Assembly (NCBI RefSeq): GCF_021028975.2
Contig: NC_059439.1
Span: forward strand, 10,974,001-11,038,000
Reading direction: 5' to 3'
DNA: 64,000 bases
From: Sphaerodactylus townsendi
Lineage: Eukaryota
A program made the translations under genes and the position numbers. This document shows, piece after piece, positions 34,201-46,762 of this stretch. Below the pieces are notes generated by a model that saw nothing but the letters and a program-made list of their open reading frames with translations, was not told the origin of the DNA and made no database searches. Position 1 is the stretch's first letter; the number at the start of each line of letters is the position of its first letter.

Positions 34201-37200
34201 CTGAGGCAGCAGAAAACAAGCTTGCTCCCTATTCGACATGACATCCCTTCAAATATTTAAACATGGTTATCATGTCACCCCTTAACCTATGCTTCTACAG
34301 ACTAAACATCCTCAGCTCCCTAAGCCTCTCTTCGTAGGGCATGGACTTCAGACCCTTTACCATTTTGGTTGCCCTCCTCTGGACCCGCTCCAGCCAGTCA
34401 ATATCCCTCCTGTACTGCAGTGCCCAGAACTGTACACAATATTCCAGGTGAGGTCTAACCAATGCAGAATAGAGAGGTACAATTACATCCCTCGATCTTG
34501 ACACTATACTCCTATTGATACAGCCCAGAATCACATTGGCTTTCTTGGCTGCCGCATCACACTGCTGACTCATGTTTAGTTTATGGTCTACTAAGACTCC
34601 CAGATCTCTTTTGCATGTAGTGTTGTCAAGCCAGGTGTCACCCATCCTATATCTGTGCATTTCATTTTTTCTGCCTATGGAATGTGGAATCAGATTGCCC
34701 TATTTTAACAAAGCAATATGATACGGCCCTAAATTTTATATCTGTTACCTCTAAGGAACAAGCTGTAATTTAATCAGCAAAAATTACATGTAAGATACAC
34801 TGGACACCATAGCACCTGGTAAAAGGCTAAGTAAAGTCTCTAATTGCTGTAATTATTTTTTAAGAAGCTGTTTGGCACTCAGAGAAAGAAAGACAGGGGG
34901 GTGAGGGGGGATAGCTGGATGGCTTAGACATATTCCATGTTGAAAAGCTGGTCAACCGTGCATTCCTTCTCCTCTGTCCCTCAGATCACCAAGCAAGGAG
35001 GTCCAATAGAGGTCACCAACGAAGACACACGTATGACTGTTGGGATTAGCTTTACAAGCCCAGCTCTCCTGATGCCAGATGTCCTGCTTGTGGCGCGGCC
35101 CATTTACATCTCAGAAGATCCCACTCAGCCGGATGATACCAAGTACCACCCTGATCGCCAAGTCAAATATGAACTAAGCAGGTGAGTCTTTCTACCTGTT
35201 TCCACAACAAGTTCAGACAGCATCCTCAGAACAGTTCACCACGGGAAGCAAGAGAAGCAGGACTCACGGGAAGTTCCTGGAATGATGCCACCATTGCTGT
35301 GTTACCATTATTAGGTTTTTGTGGTAATTATCAGATCTGTTAAAAAGGGACACAGGGTAAGAAGTATCATGTTTTCCAAGCACTGAGATTGATATCAACT
35401 CTAAAAGCACCCTTAGGGCTCAGCTAGACAATACATGTGACATGGGGATGTCTGTGGGTGACATGAGGATGTTTGGAGGTCCACATAGAGAGTCAAAGCA
35501 AGCACGTTTCCATGGCAGAGTAGGCATTCAAACCTGGGTTTCCCAAATTCCAGTCTCACGCCTCAACCACTATACCAGACTAGCTCTGTGGGAACTGTGG
35601 GCCTACTGCAAAAGTTTTTTTTAAAGCACCAGGCATTTGTAGAAGAGACTCCCTTCAGGTCTATAGGACATTCATTCTTCAGCCTTTGGTCTAGTACCAT
35701 GTTACACATTCTCTTGGTAGTTGGTAACTTTCTCAGAGCATTGTTGTTGTGAGAAAATTGTGTGTGTGTTTATTTGGGGTCTTTCTTGAGAAGAAAAACA
35801 AAATATAAATACATACAGTATAAGCCTTGAGGTCCAATTCAAACTCTTTAGCATCTGAGGAAGCCTCCAAGGAGACTTGCACAATTTCTGCAGCACTACC
35901 CAATTCTCCTTGAGATTTCACACTGCCCTTTAAAAAAATAAATAAAGGAAGTGATCAAGATTAAAACGAGAATGTCAAGCCAGCGGTCTTCATGATCATC
36001 CACCTTCAGAACTGAACTACAAATGAGTAGATTCACTTGAACTGGTAATAAAAACAGGGATTTCAAAAAACTGTGACCACTTCAAACCCCACCTAATAGC
36101 ACAGAGTACTAAGTGGCAGCTGAAAAGCTTACATGAGCTCATGCCCCGTCTCTGAAATTACACCCTGGCAGGTTGTTCCCTTTATGCTTAGTGAAGCTGT
36201 CCATCCTCGATGCAGAAAAGCAGCAGCTGAGAGTCAAACTGGCAAACGGCCGCATCTTCTACCTCCAGCTGTGCCCTGAATCCTACAGAAAAGAACACGT
36301 CTTTGACTCCTGGATCAGGACCATCCAATTACTGTGGCCGCCCTCAGATAAAATATCTGAGATAAAGGAGGAGGTGGCCATCAAGTCCAGCCAAATCCGG
36401 AGATCTCCACCAAAAGTGAGTCCTCCATGAAGGCCAGCCACTTGGGAGAGCGGGTAGGGAACCAAACAGGAAGAACAAGAAATGAGGAGAACGGAGTGGA
36501 GGTGCTTGCATTTGCTGACAGAGAAAGCATCTAATACCAGAGTCAACAACTAATTTCTGAAAGGGTTACAGAATAAACAAAATTGGCACCACACTTTCAC
36601 CACACCCAAACTAAGATACAGGCAAAGGGATCTAGGTTTCTTTCCTCCCCAGGCTGAGCAACAGCAAGGGGCCAGTGTGGTATAATGGTTACAGTGTCTA
36701 CCTAGGATCTGGGAGAACCAGGATCAATCCTCACCCGACAATGAAGGTTACTGGGTGGCCTTTGACCACTCACTTTCCAAGCACAGCCTACTTTCCAGGG
36801 AATAAATCAGATAATGGGGCTGTGTAACATACCTACTGGACAGGCTGGCTTTGGAAGATTGCATTGGTGCACTCACCAGCTTGGACTACTCATGAAAATA
36901 GCATTCTAGATCATATGACCTTGTATCTGGAGGTAGACTTGGAACCCCTGCACTTAGCAGAGATGGAGAGGCCTGCTATATCCAAGAGAATTCAGCCCCA
37001 CCCTGTTGGTCAACACAGCAGTTTGCCTTCCAGGTGGTAGGTCCCTTGAAGCAGCACCTGCCTGAAAGGCCTGTGGCAAACCCATTCCAACAGGTTCCGG
37101 TAAGAGGGGAACACCTACAGCCATGGGTGGCTCAGAGACTGAAGGTTAACACCAGCTTGGCTGGGTAGAGGCAGGGCAGTCTCAGAAAGAAGTTGGAGGG

Positions 37201-40200
37201 CAAGTCCCGAGGCTGGCCAGTATCAGTCACACCCCGAGGTGTAGCTCCAAGGGGGGGGGGGTGCGACGCACTGGGTGCGTGCCTCTGTGGAGGCGTGGGG
37301 GTGTGTGGCATAGTGGGACGGGGGCGTTCCGGGGCGGGACGGGGCAGGGCAGAGGACGCAACAGTGCACCAGGCACTTTCCCCCCTTGCCACGCCTCTGG
37401 TCACACCTGATTGGTAATAGCTCCTATCAGTCAACCCACAAAGGTGAGGCAACGCTCAGGGAGGCAGGAAGAGGAAAGGGTGGTCATATCCCTGGGAGTC
37501 TCCCTCATAAGGTCAGGGACGCAGGTCTGGGAAGACAGGTTTGCCTTCCTTTTAGTTACTTGGTTACACAGGAAGACAATAGAAAGTCAGCAAGAAGATG
37601 ACTTTGAGTATTATTAACCTCTTCTCCTCTCTATAAGGCCTGTGGAGGGACTCTGGAGGATGTGTTGGCCCCATCCAACCATTACAGTGTGGCAGACACT
37701 CATACCTTTCACAGTAGACAGGGAATATCATTTCTAAATATTTCCTATCCTCAAGGCAAAAACAAACATATCAGAGAAAAGTTCTAAATGTACCCCAGCT
37801 ACGCTAACTTTCTACTTGCAGAGGGTTTTCATAATGTACTCAAAATGGAGGGATATGTGGGTCTCCTTCAAAGGACTTGTTAAGCAGGGACAGACTGATT
37901 ATTTGACTGATCAGGTAAGTTAACAGAGGGCTGTGGCTTTCGAGGGTTGCTAGCAGTCAGAAGAGAGCTGAGCCAAAGCCAAGCAACCGCTCTTGGACTG
38001 CAGGACTCACTTGGCCCAGACTCTTCCACAGGAGCAATGCTCAGTATCAGCTCACTGGTGGCTTCCCGCCACATGGCCACCGGAGGCAACAGGTGAGTCA
38101 ATGCCCATCATCAGTCCTGCTGCTGTGGTCTGAGTATCCCCCACAAAGCAAGCTTGCAGTATCAAAGGGGTCACTCAGTTTGCCTGTTTCCTGAACCGTT
38201 TAAACATCCCAGTCCACAGAAACAACCGTGGCTTTCCTTCTTTTATGTAATATATACACTTATGTTTGCTGATGATCTTGGTCTTGCACCCAGAAACCAG
38301 GTAAATCAAGGGATGGAACCTCTGTTCCAGCCCATACTGAAGGAGAAAGCATTACAGAGGTCTTTCCTGCATCTCCAATTGAGAAAAAAGTGACTGAGGT
38401 CAGTGGCAGTCTTGGACAGAACCTTTGTTACAGTCTTCACTGGGAAAGAAAGGGTTAAAGAGCCCTTTGGTGGATCTCAGCTTGGGCACAAGTGGCAAAG
38501 GTCAATAGAGACCTTGGAGAGAAACTTTGCTGCCATCCACATGAGGGAGAAAGCATCAGAGAGCCCTTTCATTGGTCTTAGGTTGGAAAAAGGTAACGGA
38601 GGTATAACTCAGTACCTTGGGTGCAGGGGCTGTGTTGGGGACCCCAGACCTTCAGTTAATTAACCTCAGATCAAGAGATTAGGGCAGGGAGACAGAAATC
38701 TGCTTTCTTGGCATCCCACCGTGCTGATTGCCGTGTGATCTATTCTCTCCCTCCCAGACTCTGTCTCCCAAGAGCCCAACCAAGAGAGCAACTGCTGGGA
38801 ATGAGCAAACCACCACCACAAATCTCAGGGGCGGGAAACGTAAGAAAAAACCAAGCAAGGCCAAGTCTCCTGAGAGCCCGGGCAAAGCCCCAGATCCAAC
38901 CCTACCTCCCAAGGCAGAGCAAGGCGCTGAGCTTGTCAGTCCCGTGCCTCCGCAGACCAGGGAGATGACAGAAGTGTTGGAGGAGAAGCTGGGAGAGAGA
39001 AAACCCTCTGGCAGGAATCCCACTGGCGAGAAAGGGAGGCAACAGAGGAGCTACCCCACCAGCAGGTACCAGTAGAGCACTCTGTGTGGGGGAGATCATG
39101 GACACGTGCGAGGTTTCCAAGAAAAGACTGGCCAACACATGAAACTGCCTTGCGCTGAGTCTACCAAGAACAGCATTATCTTCTCTGACTAGCAGTCACT
39201 CTCCAGGGTCTCAGGAAGAGGTGCTTCACATCACCTGCTGTGCGATCGTTTTAACTTGAGATGTCTGGGATTGAACCCATGACCTTCTGCAGCTGATGCT
39301 CTGCTAGTGATCCTTTCCCCCTGATAAATAAGGCACACTGCTGTTGAAACTGGGCTGTGGCCAAAACTGGTTAACCCGAGTAGTATAATCCCTACTGCCT
39401 TGTGCAATGTTTAGGCATCTTTTCACATGTTGTGACACAGCAGTGTGATGTTGCTGACTGTCCTTGGCAGGGATAGGTGAGAAACCACAGAATGTAACAA
39501 CAACACAGGTAAGCATACCACAACACTATGAGGGAGAGAGGCAGAAGATTCTGCTCCTTTTCAATGGTAGTCCAGGGTGAAATGCAAGATGCTGGCGCAG
39601 TTATTAAATCTGTTTTGACTTCAATCAGCCCTCAGTGCAAACACAAAAGCCAGCAAAAGGTTTTGTGTTTCCTTTGCAGTCCTGTATTAAGGTGTGTGAC
39701 ACTCACATGTGACACAAATAATAAGAAGCATCACAAAGGAAAATTATCTTCAGTTAAACTGATAAAACATTGGACTAGCAGAGTGCTCAAGGCAATGGCA
39801 CAGAACAATTTACCAGGTGTGTGTGCTGCTGAGAAATAAAGTTACACACTGAGCCTTTTTATCTTGGCAAACAAATATGAGTCCGTTATTGTAAGATATA
39901 CTATGGTGTTACCCCTGCTATATTTCACTGTCTTCTGTGTCTCCTTCTTTATTTGGTGTGTTATTTGGAATAAAATTCCAAAAACCCTTTTATTTCCCCT
40001 TTTATTCTATTCTTTTCTTGGTAGCATGTATGAGAGGTAAGGCAAATGGATGGCATTTATGGAACTAAGGAAAATCAGGTGGAAGTCCCAATATTTAATT
40101 GAACCAAAATAAATTTTTATTTATAACTGGTAGGTAACTTCAAGGTTCCAAACAAATTATTTTCAAAAATTAAAATAAAATATAACTGAGGGGCCAACTA

Positions 40201-40484
40201 CTTTAAATCACTTCCAAACAGCATAAAGTCATTCTGAACCTTTTCACTCTTTCAGTGAAACTATGTCACCCTTTGTCATACAGCTTCTGTCCTTTTCTAA
40301 CAGAGTCCAATTTTTTCCTGAGAGAGAGATTTGACACTTTAACTCTGACAGGTTCTATATTTTTCACAGATTAATACATCTCAAAAGGACTTCAATTTCT
40401 CCCTCTCTCCTTGTAAAAACCCACAGCCCAGATTCCTCTCACACAGATCTCTCACTGTCACACAAACCTCTCTCACACCCAGAG

Positions 40485-40523
<39 letters not shown>

Positions 40524-43258
40524 CAGCACAGATTCTCAATCTGACACACTCTGTCTCCCCCCCCCCCTTTTCTTTCTTCCTCTGCTCATAAAGCCCAATC
40601 ACAGCTCTCCTGCCTTTTATGGCCACTCCCTCTCGCTCTTCAATCCAACCATAAGATTGTTACATATGCCATTTTAGGCAAGGCAGAGATAGGATTCTAA
40701 CCTAGTCTAACTAGCTAGGACGGAGGGATTGGCAGGGTCCATGTCTATGTCTTAAAAGGAGAGGAGAGAAGCTGCCAGTAAAAAGGAAGGAAGATTCCTT
40801 GGCAGAAGCAATCAGCACATCAAAGGGTTCCCCTTTCAAGTCTGAGGCTAACAGGCAGCGCAAAGTCCTTCACTTCCAACACAATCAGTCCTCAGTGCAA
40901 ACTTCAAATCCAGCAAAAGTTTTTTTGGTTTCCTTTCCAGTCTGGGATTTACTTCTACATGCACTTACCTTTCCTGTGATTAGGTTCAATTGTAAATAAC
41001 AAAAATACATGTAAACCAACCCAACCAAACACAATTTGGCTGGGAGGCCATCCTCAAGTGGTTTAAATCAGTACAATTCACATCGTACAAGGTTTTTGTT
41101 AAAATTACAACATGCCTGACTAAAGCACTGAACATCCCAATGTAAACACTGTTAGATGGACTAGATCTCTCTCTCTGCTCTTAATTAGGACCATTCAAGA
41201 TAACTGTCAAGATGGTTGAAGTTAGTGATTCAAATTTCTCTATAAGCCAGGTCAGGGAGGAGCACTGCCCAAGGGTGTGTATATCCACAAAGAGGCAAAG
41301 TGGGGACATGTCCATGATGTCCACGTGAACAAGGGCAGTTTTATTAAATGGGTTTTTATATATGTAACTAAAGCTTGTATTTTGATGCACAGTGATTAAT
41401 ATTTATAATTTGATTAAAGTTTTTGGAATATAATTTGAGCTTTTCTTAACTGACAGTGACAATTCCATATACAAGGTGTTATACCCCTTTTAACCTTTTT
41501 GGAGGTACTGGGTTGAAAGTTCCCCCCCCCCTCCTTTTTTGGTTCATTTTCACCTTTACATGTGACACAAATAACAAGTGTCACATAGGAAAATGATCTT
41601 CAGGTAAACGCCAATGAAACAATGCAGACATGAGTTTGAGGATATGTGTATAAAGTCTGTGGCTGTTCAGACATATTAAGAGAGGAGGATTATGGGTTCA
41701 AAAATGACTGATTCTCCCCCACCCCATTTCAGAAGATCCATGAAGGAAAGCCATTCTAGGCGAAGCAGGTCTGAACAGAGAGGTAAGAGCTGCCCAGAGC
41801 AATTTATTTGATATCAATAAAAGAAAAGCTGGTGATTCTGTGAAATCCTACAGTAGACCATAATCAGTAGGCCATAAACACCACATACAGTCAGAGATTA
41901 AATGAAATTTAATTGAATTTTTTTTAAAAAATGAAATTTTAATTGAAATTTCAAACTCTGAACATCCCTTCATTTAGGGCAGCATTGTTCAGTTACTGCT
42001 TCCTGTAAAAGGAAGACAAACAGTCTCATTGGCCAAGGAACAATATGCTGGAAAGCGTCATATGTGGTGAACAATACATCATCTTAGCAATAAGAAAATA
42101 CCAGTGCCGTCTTGCCTGGTGATTTTTCCTTGAACACATTTTGGAAAGAAAGATCTCTGGCTAGGTCCAGCTGTCCATCTCCATTAACAGAAGACATTTC
42201 CATCAGCAAAATGGGACTTCCTCACCTCTAAGCTCCCTCAGCAGCCCAAAATACTTCCTAAAATGCTATTCCAGGCAGTAGCCCTTCAGAAATGGCATGA
42301 AGGCTGAATATATTTCATTTACAGCTGAAATTACTGGCGGATGAAGACGACCTTGACAGTTCCATAGTCCAGAATTTGCCTCTGCCTGCAACGCGGGGCA
42401 TCCAATTCTGGTTTTGCAACAATTTGATTAGTGGAGTTGTATCTTCATCTTCCCTTTCCTCCCTTTATTCTTAATTGTCAACCTGCCACGAGGGATGCCA
42501 TTCCTCCCTTTTCATCAGAGACAATCCAGGGTATGCCAGCACCCGAGGCAGACAAACCAAATGGCACCACTCCATGACAGAAACGGCTGCCAACTTTTTT
42601 TCCCCTCCAAAATCTGAAGCCTGAGATGGGTTGCCCTACCTGGTCTACTGCTTTGGTTGGCCCAGATTTAGAGCTATCTGTTTCTCCTGTGTGCAACCAA
42701 GCCTCCACAAACTTACTTGAAATATATTGAATTTCAACCCTTTTTTTTTTGCTTGATTTGTTTATTCAGACATTTATACTTCGCTTTTCTCCTCAATGGG
42801 GACTGAAATTGGCTTATAACATTGTTCTCCCCTCCACCATTTTATCCTCATAACAACAACCCTATGGGAAAGCAGACTAAGCTTCAGTGATTGGCCCATA
42901 CCAAGCTTTTGTCGGAGGGAGGGGATTCAAACTGGGCTTCCCAGATCCCAGACCCTACACCGTGTTGGATTTCTGTTTTCTTTTTATTCCTCTGTCCTCA
43001 GCACAATCCTTTCACCTCTTACATTCATTGATCCATTCATATTCCACACAACTCCTCCCTACCACTGATTTCACTCCTCCATTGAAATCACAATCCTCTC
43101 TTCCTGGTCATTAATTCTCACTCTCTTTTTCTCTCTCAACTTTTTCAGGTGCTGTCTGGCAACCCAGCAAATTTGTTTCTCTCATGAGATCCTGTGTCTG
43201 GGGCAACTCCAGGCAGAATAAACAAGGTGTCAGATCTCGGTCCAAAGAGAAGAAATAG
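25110..43258 (+). CDS. FAM71/GARIN-family gene, copy B; join(25110-25232,34985-35181,36172-36415,38758-39065,41733-41782,43149-43258), 343 aa
   Basis: Same exon layout and phases as copy A (123, 197, 244, 308, 50, 110 nt). FAM71 motifs [23 protein letters not shown] and [38 protein letters not shown] at 43256-43258; AATAAA cluster at about 43320. Confidence 0.88.
25924..26890. mobile_element. Non-autonomous DNA transposon (TIR ggccttttc..gcac); the 3' part recurs at about 45280-45470
   Basis: Inverted termini and an in-window second copy of the 3' segment. Confidence 0.45.
27198..28470 (+). mobile_element. Sauria-type SINE split by a solo LTR
   Basis: 5' part 27198-27408 and 3' part 28394-28470, ending in an accttt tail. 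Confidence 0.7.
27409..28393 (-). mobile_element. Solo LTR (ERV or Gypsy)
   Basis: TGTGG...CCACA termini, 4-bp TSD CTAG, inserted in a SINE. Confidence 0.75.
29150..29478. mobile_element. Penelope-like element remnant
   Basis: Same terminal sequence as the 9130 and 60975 copies; minus-strand hammerhead with core GAAA changed to CAAA. Confidence 0.7.
30166..30269. mobile_element. GC-rich hAT MITE
   Basis: CAGGGCCGGAGC...GCTACGCCACTA; 7/8 TSD (c/t)CTCCACA. Confidence 0.55.
30567..30656. mobile_element. Short hAT-type MITE
   Basis: caggtgtcaaacttgcggccctcctgatg ... catcaggagggctgcaagtttgacacct inverted arms. Confidence 0.6.
31495..33015 (+). mobile_element. CR1 LINE ORF2 fragment (AP endonuclease and partial RT), internally deleted
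   Basis: [38 protein letters not shown] and [14 protein letters not shown] motifs. Confidence 0.9.
33016..33657 (-). mobile_element. Tf1/sushi-like LTR retrotransposon 5' end: LTR 33313-33657, self-priming site 33300-33310, start of a putative gag ORF
   Basis: TGTAAGG/CCTTACA termini; minus-strand AATAAA about 33358; an 11-nt PBS complementary to the LTR sequence at 33396-33406. Confidence 0.7.
33935..34675 (-). mobile_element. CR1 LINE 3' end
   Basis: [17 protein letters not shown]...[17 protein letters not shown]; (ATTCTATG)-type tail. Confidence 0.9.
34985..35181 (+). CDS. GARIN-like copy B, coding exon 2
   Basis: Acceptor ccctcag|ATC, donor AG|gtgagt; within ORF 34937-35185. Confidence 0.9.
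36172..36415 (+). CDS. GARIN-like copy B, coding exon 3
   Basis: Acceptor ctggcag|G, donor AAA|gtgagt; ORF 36173-36430. Confidence 0.9.
37234..37399. mobile_element. GC-rich hAT MITE, nested in LTR-like sequence (about 36920-37712)
   Basis: C(C/A)GAGG(T/C)GT(A/G)GC TIRs; perfect 8-bp TSD GTCACACC. Confidence 0.7.
38758..39065 (+). CDS. GARIN-like copy B, coding exon 4 (K/P/S/E-rich, includes KRKKKPSK)
   Basis: Acceptor ctcccag|ACT, donor AG|gtacca; ORF 38728-39075. Confidence 0.78.
40486..40522. repeat. (TG)n microsatellite
   Basis: Direct reading. Confidence 0.95.
41733..41782 (+). CDS. GARIN-like copy B, coding exon 5
   Basis: Acceptor tttcag|A, donor AG|gtaaga; 50 nt as in copy A. Confidence 0.8.
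43149..43258 (+). CDS. GARIN-like copy B, terminal coding exon ([23 protein letters not shown]...)
   Basis: Acceptor tttttcag|GT, TAG stop, AATAAA about 43320. Confidence 0.8.
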
Positions 43259-43349
43259 TCAGCAGAGTACAGGGAAGATATACAAAGAGGAGTAGCATCT
43301 ACTCTGGCTGCAATATGTGAAATAAAATAAATAAATAGAGGTGTTTGTT

Positions 43350-43840
43350 GGAACTTTTAACATTTATTTATATACATAGCTCCCACCTCTCCAGAGCTCC
43401 CACCTCTCCAGAGACCTGATCAAGATGTCTCACAACTTAAAACGATACAGTGAAACCATAGAAACAATAACATGCATGATAATTGTTAAAAACAAGCCTT
43501 TCAGAAAAAGACATACAAGTGAAAACAGCATTAAGCAACCACTGCCAAAAAAACTCTCCATAAAATAATTCTCAGTCCAGGGGTAGGGCATATAATAGCT
43601 AAAAAAAGATTAAAACGCCTTAGTTAAAAAGCCTTGGTAAAATGACACGTTTTCATCTTGTGCCTCTCAATCTGCAAGGTGGGCATCAAAACAGCCTCAA
43701 GGGGAAAAGGCATTCCAAAGGCAAGGGGTCACCACTGAAAAAGTCCTGGCTCTAGTCACTACCTGTCTTGCCTTTGCGAGGGCTTAAGAAGTATCTCTTA
43801 ACTGGCGGGCTGGACATAACAGCAGCAGGCAGTCCTTCAG
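43350..43840 (-). mobile_element. L2 LINE 3' remnant just after the copy B polyA signal
   Basis: Reverse complement of ggactttttcagtggtgacc..ctttggaatgcc...gtgtcatttt L2 3' motif. Confidence 0.6.
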
Positions 43841-46112
43841 GCAGAGTGGACAGCCCTCCATTTGCAAACCCTTGGGAACTTTGAGGGGAGCAGAGTGGGC
43901 AGGAGTTTCACATATGCTACAATCACATCTGGATAATTACCCAGAAGTGAAAACATGGACACAGTTTGACTCTTAAGAATTCCCTCTATCTCTATGGTAA
44001 AGATCATGGCAATTGTGAGCATTCCTGGAGAATCACATGCATGTCTCTCCCCCCCCACTCCCCACGCACTTTTCCACTGCTCTCTTGATTCAGCACAAGT
44101 GAACGAGGGCAAAGTAGGGCTGCCAAACAAAGCCTGAAAACTGGCAGGAGGGTTGGGGGCAGGTATTTGGTGGAGAGCAGCATCGTGGCAATGAGAACCA
44201 AAGAGTTTCCAGCAATTCCCAGAGCTACCTACCTACCACTAATTTCAGATGGGACATCATCATACCCACAATACTGTGGGGCTTGGGGGAACAATAATAT
44301 TTTCCCCATGTTGTTACCATGTTGTGAGGTTGTTTCGGTTTGCTAGCAGCCTGACTCAACCTTGGGTCTACATTCCTCCATCTGGGCGTTGTGCCCAGAC
44401 CCATCGTTATCTCTTCCCTAACCTTGCTGCGTGCTTGCCATCACTGGCTTCTGTTCTGTGTGAATCTCTTTCTTGGTGGGAATAGTGGGATGGGAAAACC
44501 GGGTTGTTTTGGGTTGGGATTTTCCACGGGAAAACGTTTGCCCATAAAAGCGGCTGCTGGGGGAGAGTCTGGTCAGATTCCGCATTGTCTGTAGAAGATC
44601 ATGATTGCCAGTCAATAAAGAGCTTTTAGAAGTTACTGTTGTTCTGGACTTTGCTGATTCCTTACAGTGCAGTGGGGGCAATGGGAATTTGGAGAATGGG
44701 GGATCCTCCACCCCATGGGGAGGATGGCAGAGTTCGCAGTTGAGGCAGCCAATTCTCCACCTCCCCCCCAGGACCATGCCCAACCAAGTCACATTTACAT
44801 CATATCCGGCCTTTGTAACAAATCAGTTTGACACCCCTAATGTTACCCACCCACGCCCAAATACAAACACAAAGGACCACATTTTCCAGCCAAATTTGAT
44901 CAGCATGATTGATCTGATTAATGCACGGTTGTTACTGCAGCAGTCCCTGATCACAGGCGGTTCTGACTGCCCCCTGCTACAAAATCACTCTCCAAGCATT
45001 ACCACTAGTTTAATATAAAACTGATAAAGCTAATGCAATTGACCCAGTGATAATATCCCAAGTTCTCTGTGAAATTGACAAAGCTCATTCAATTGATCCT
45101 GCTTCTTTGTTACCTCTGTCTCATTGTTACATTGCTAGTTCTATATAACAAAGAGAATTTTTAAATACAAAAAATCCTTTTAAAAATGCAGCAGGGAAGG
45201 AGAAAAAGATTGAAAGGGAAATTGGAGAACTATCTAGGACCTGGATAACTGTCAGGTGTTGGTTGGGTTGGTTAGAGATCACACGCTCAAGGGAAGCTGG
45301 CTCAGAAACAGATCAGAAAAAACAACAACATTATGGTTAAAATGCTCCAGAAAACAACAGAGGAAAAAGGAAAACATTTCCAGAACCAAACAGAGGAAAA
45401 CATGTCACATTCAAGGGGGGAAAAGGTAGAATTTGGCAACAAGATATGTTGCATATGTGCAGAAAAGGCCTATAACTTATATACAAGTGTCAGATGACTC
45501 CCTCAGTTTGTTGCTGTTACACATAAAACATGCTAGTGATTCAGCAAATAGAGCAGTGGAGCCTAACTCAGATGCATCCAAAAGCTTCCTGAAATGGAAC
45601 CACCTTTATAGAGCATCTGATGAACAAATTATGATACATAAGAAGTCTGTATAGTTAGCTGTCCCATTCTTTAATTTTAAAAAGGCAATAGCCAAGTTAT
45701 TTCAATTGAGTATTCTAAAACTCTAAAATAACCTGGTCTGAACATGTACAGTCCCAGTGTGGGACTGCACAGAAGACTGAAGATCAATCCAAAAATCTTT
45801 GTAATAAACATGGAAGTAAATGTAATATAGCCCTGATCTAAATAGCTCAGGCCAATCCAATTTTGCACCAGGCTCCTTTTGCCCTAGCTATGCCTCTGCC
45901 CAGAGGGGAGGGCAGAAGGAGCTGCTGGCTGGGAGCCCAGCTGGTGGGGGGGGGACTGGGGAGGGCAGGGCAGGGGAGTCTACTGTCCCTGGCCTCAGAG
46001 AGCTGCTTTTATCAGCACTGGGGGTGGGGCTTAGGGAGGCATGGCCATGCTCCAGGGGCGGGTGGGAGCATGGCGCTGCCCCTGAACCCCCTCCCCATTA
46101 AAAATCTATACC

Positions 46113-46762
46113 TACATCCCTGTCCTATCATTTTTCTTCCTTTTGCTATGGACATAACCAAAAAAGGCTTTTTGGTTGTTTTTAACCTCTCTGGCAAGCC
46201 TCAGCTCACAGTGAGCTTTAGCTTTTCTGACTTTCTCTCTACACATCCTGCTTGTTTGTTTGAATTCCTCTTTGGGGATTTCCCCCCTTTTCCATTTCTT
46301 GTACATGTCCTTTTTAAATCTTATCTCAGTTGAAAGCTCTTTAGACAGCCATCCTGGTTTCCTTAGACACCTCCCATTTTTCTTCCTCATCGGAACTGTT
46401 TGAAATTGTGCCCTCAAGATCTCACTTTTAAGAAACTCCCAGCCATCATGCACTCCTTTCTCTTTTAGTATTTTTGACCACGGGATCGCACCCAGTAGAT
46501 TCCTAAGCTTACTGAAATCTGCTTTCTTAAAATCTAGAATGTGTGTATGACTATGCTTAGCATCCCCTTTCCACTGTATAACAAACTCCAGAAGAACATG
46601 ATCACTCCCACCTAAGGATCCGACCACTTTCACTCCACTAATCAGGTCATCATTATTGGCTAGGAGCAGATCTACAATAGCAGTTCCCCTTGTTGCTTAT
46701 TCCACCTGCTGGACCATGAAATCGTCTGCAAGGCAAGTGAGAAATTTGTTGGACCTGACTGT
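46113..46762 (-). mobile_element. CR1 LINE ORF2 fragment (endonuclease/tether region)
   Basis: GSLGGSDHVLLEF, LDFKKADFSKLR and LAREVKNNQKAFFGYV motifs. Confidence 0.9.
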
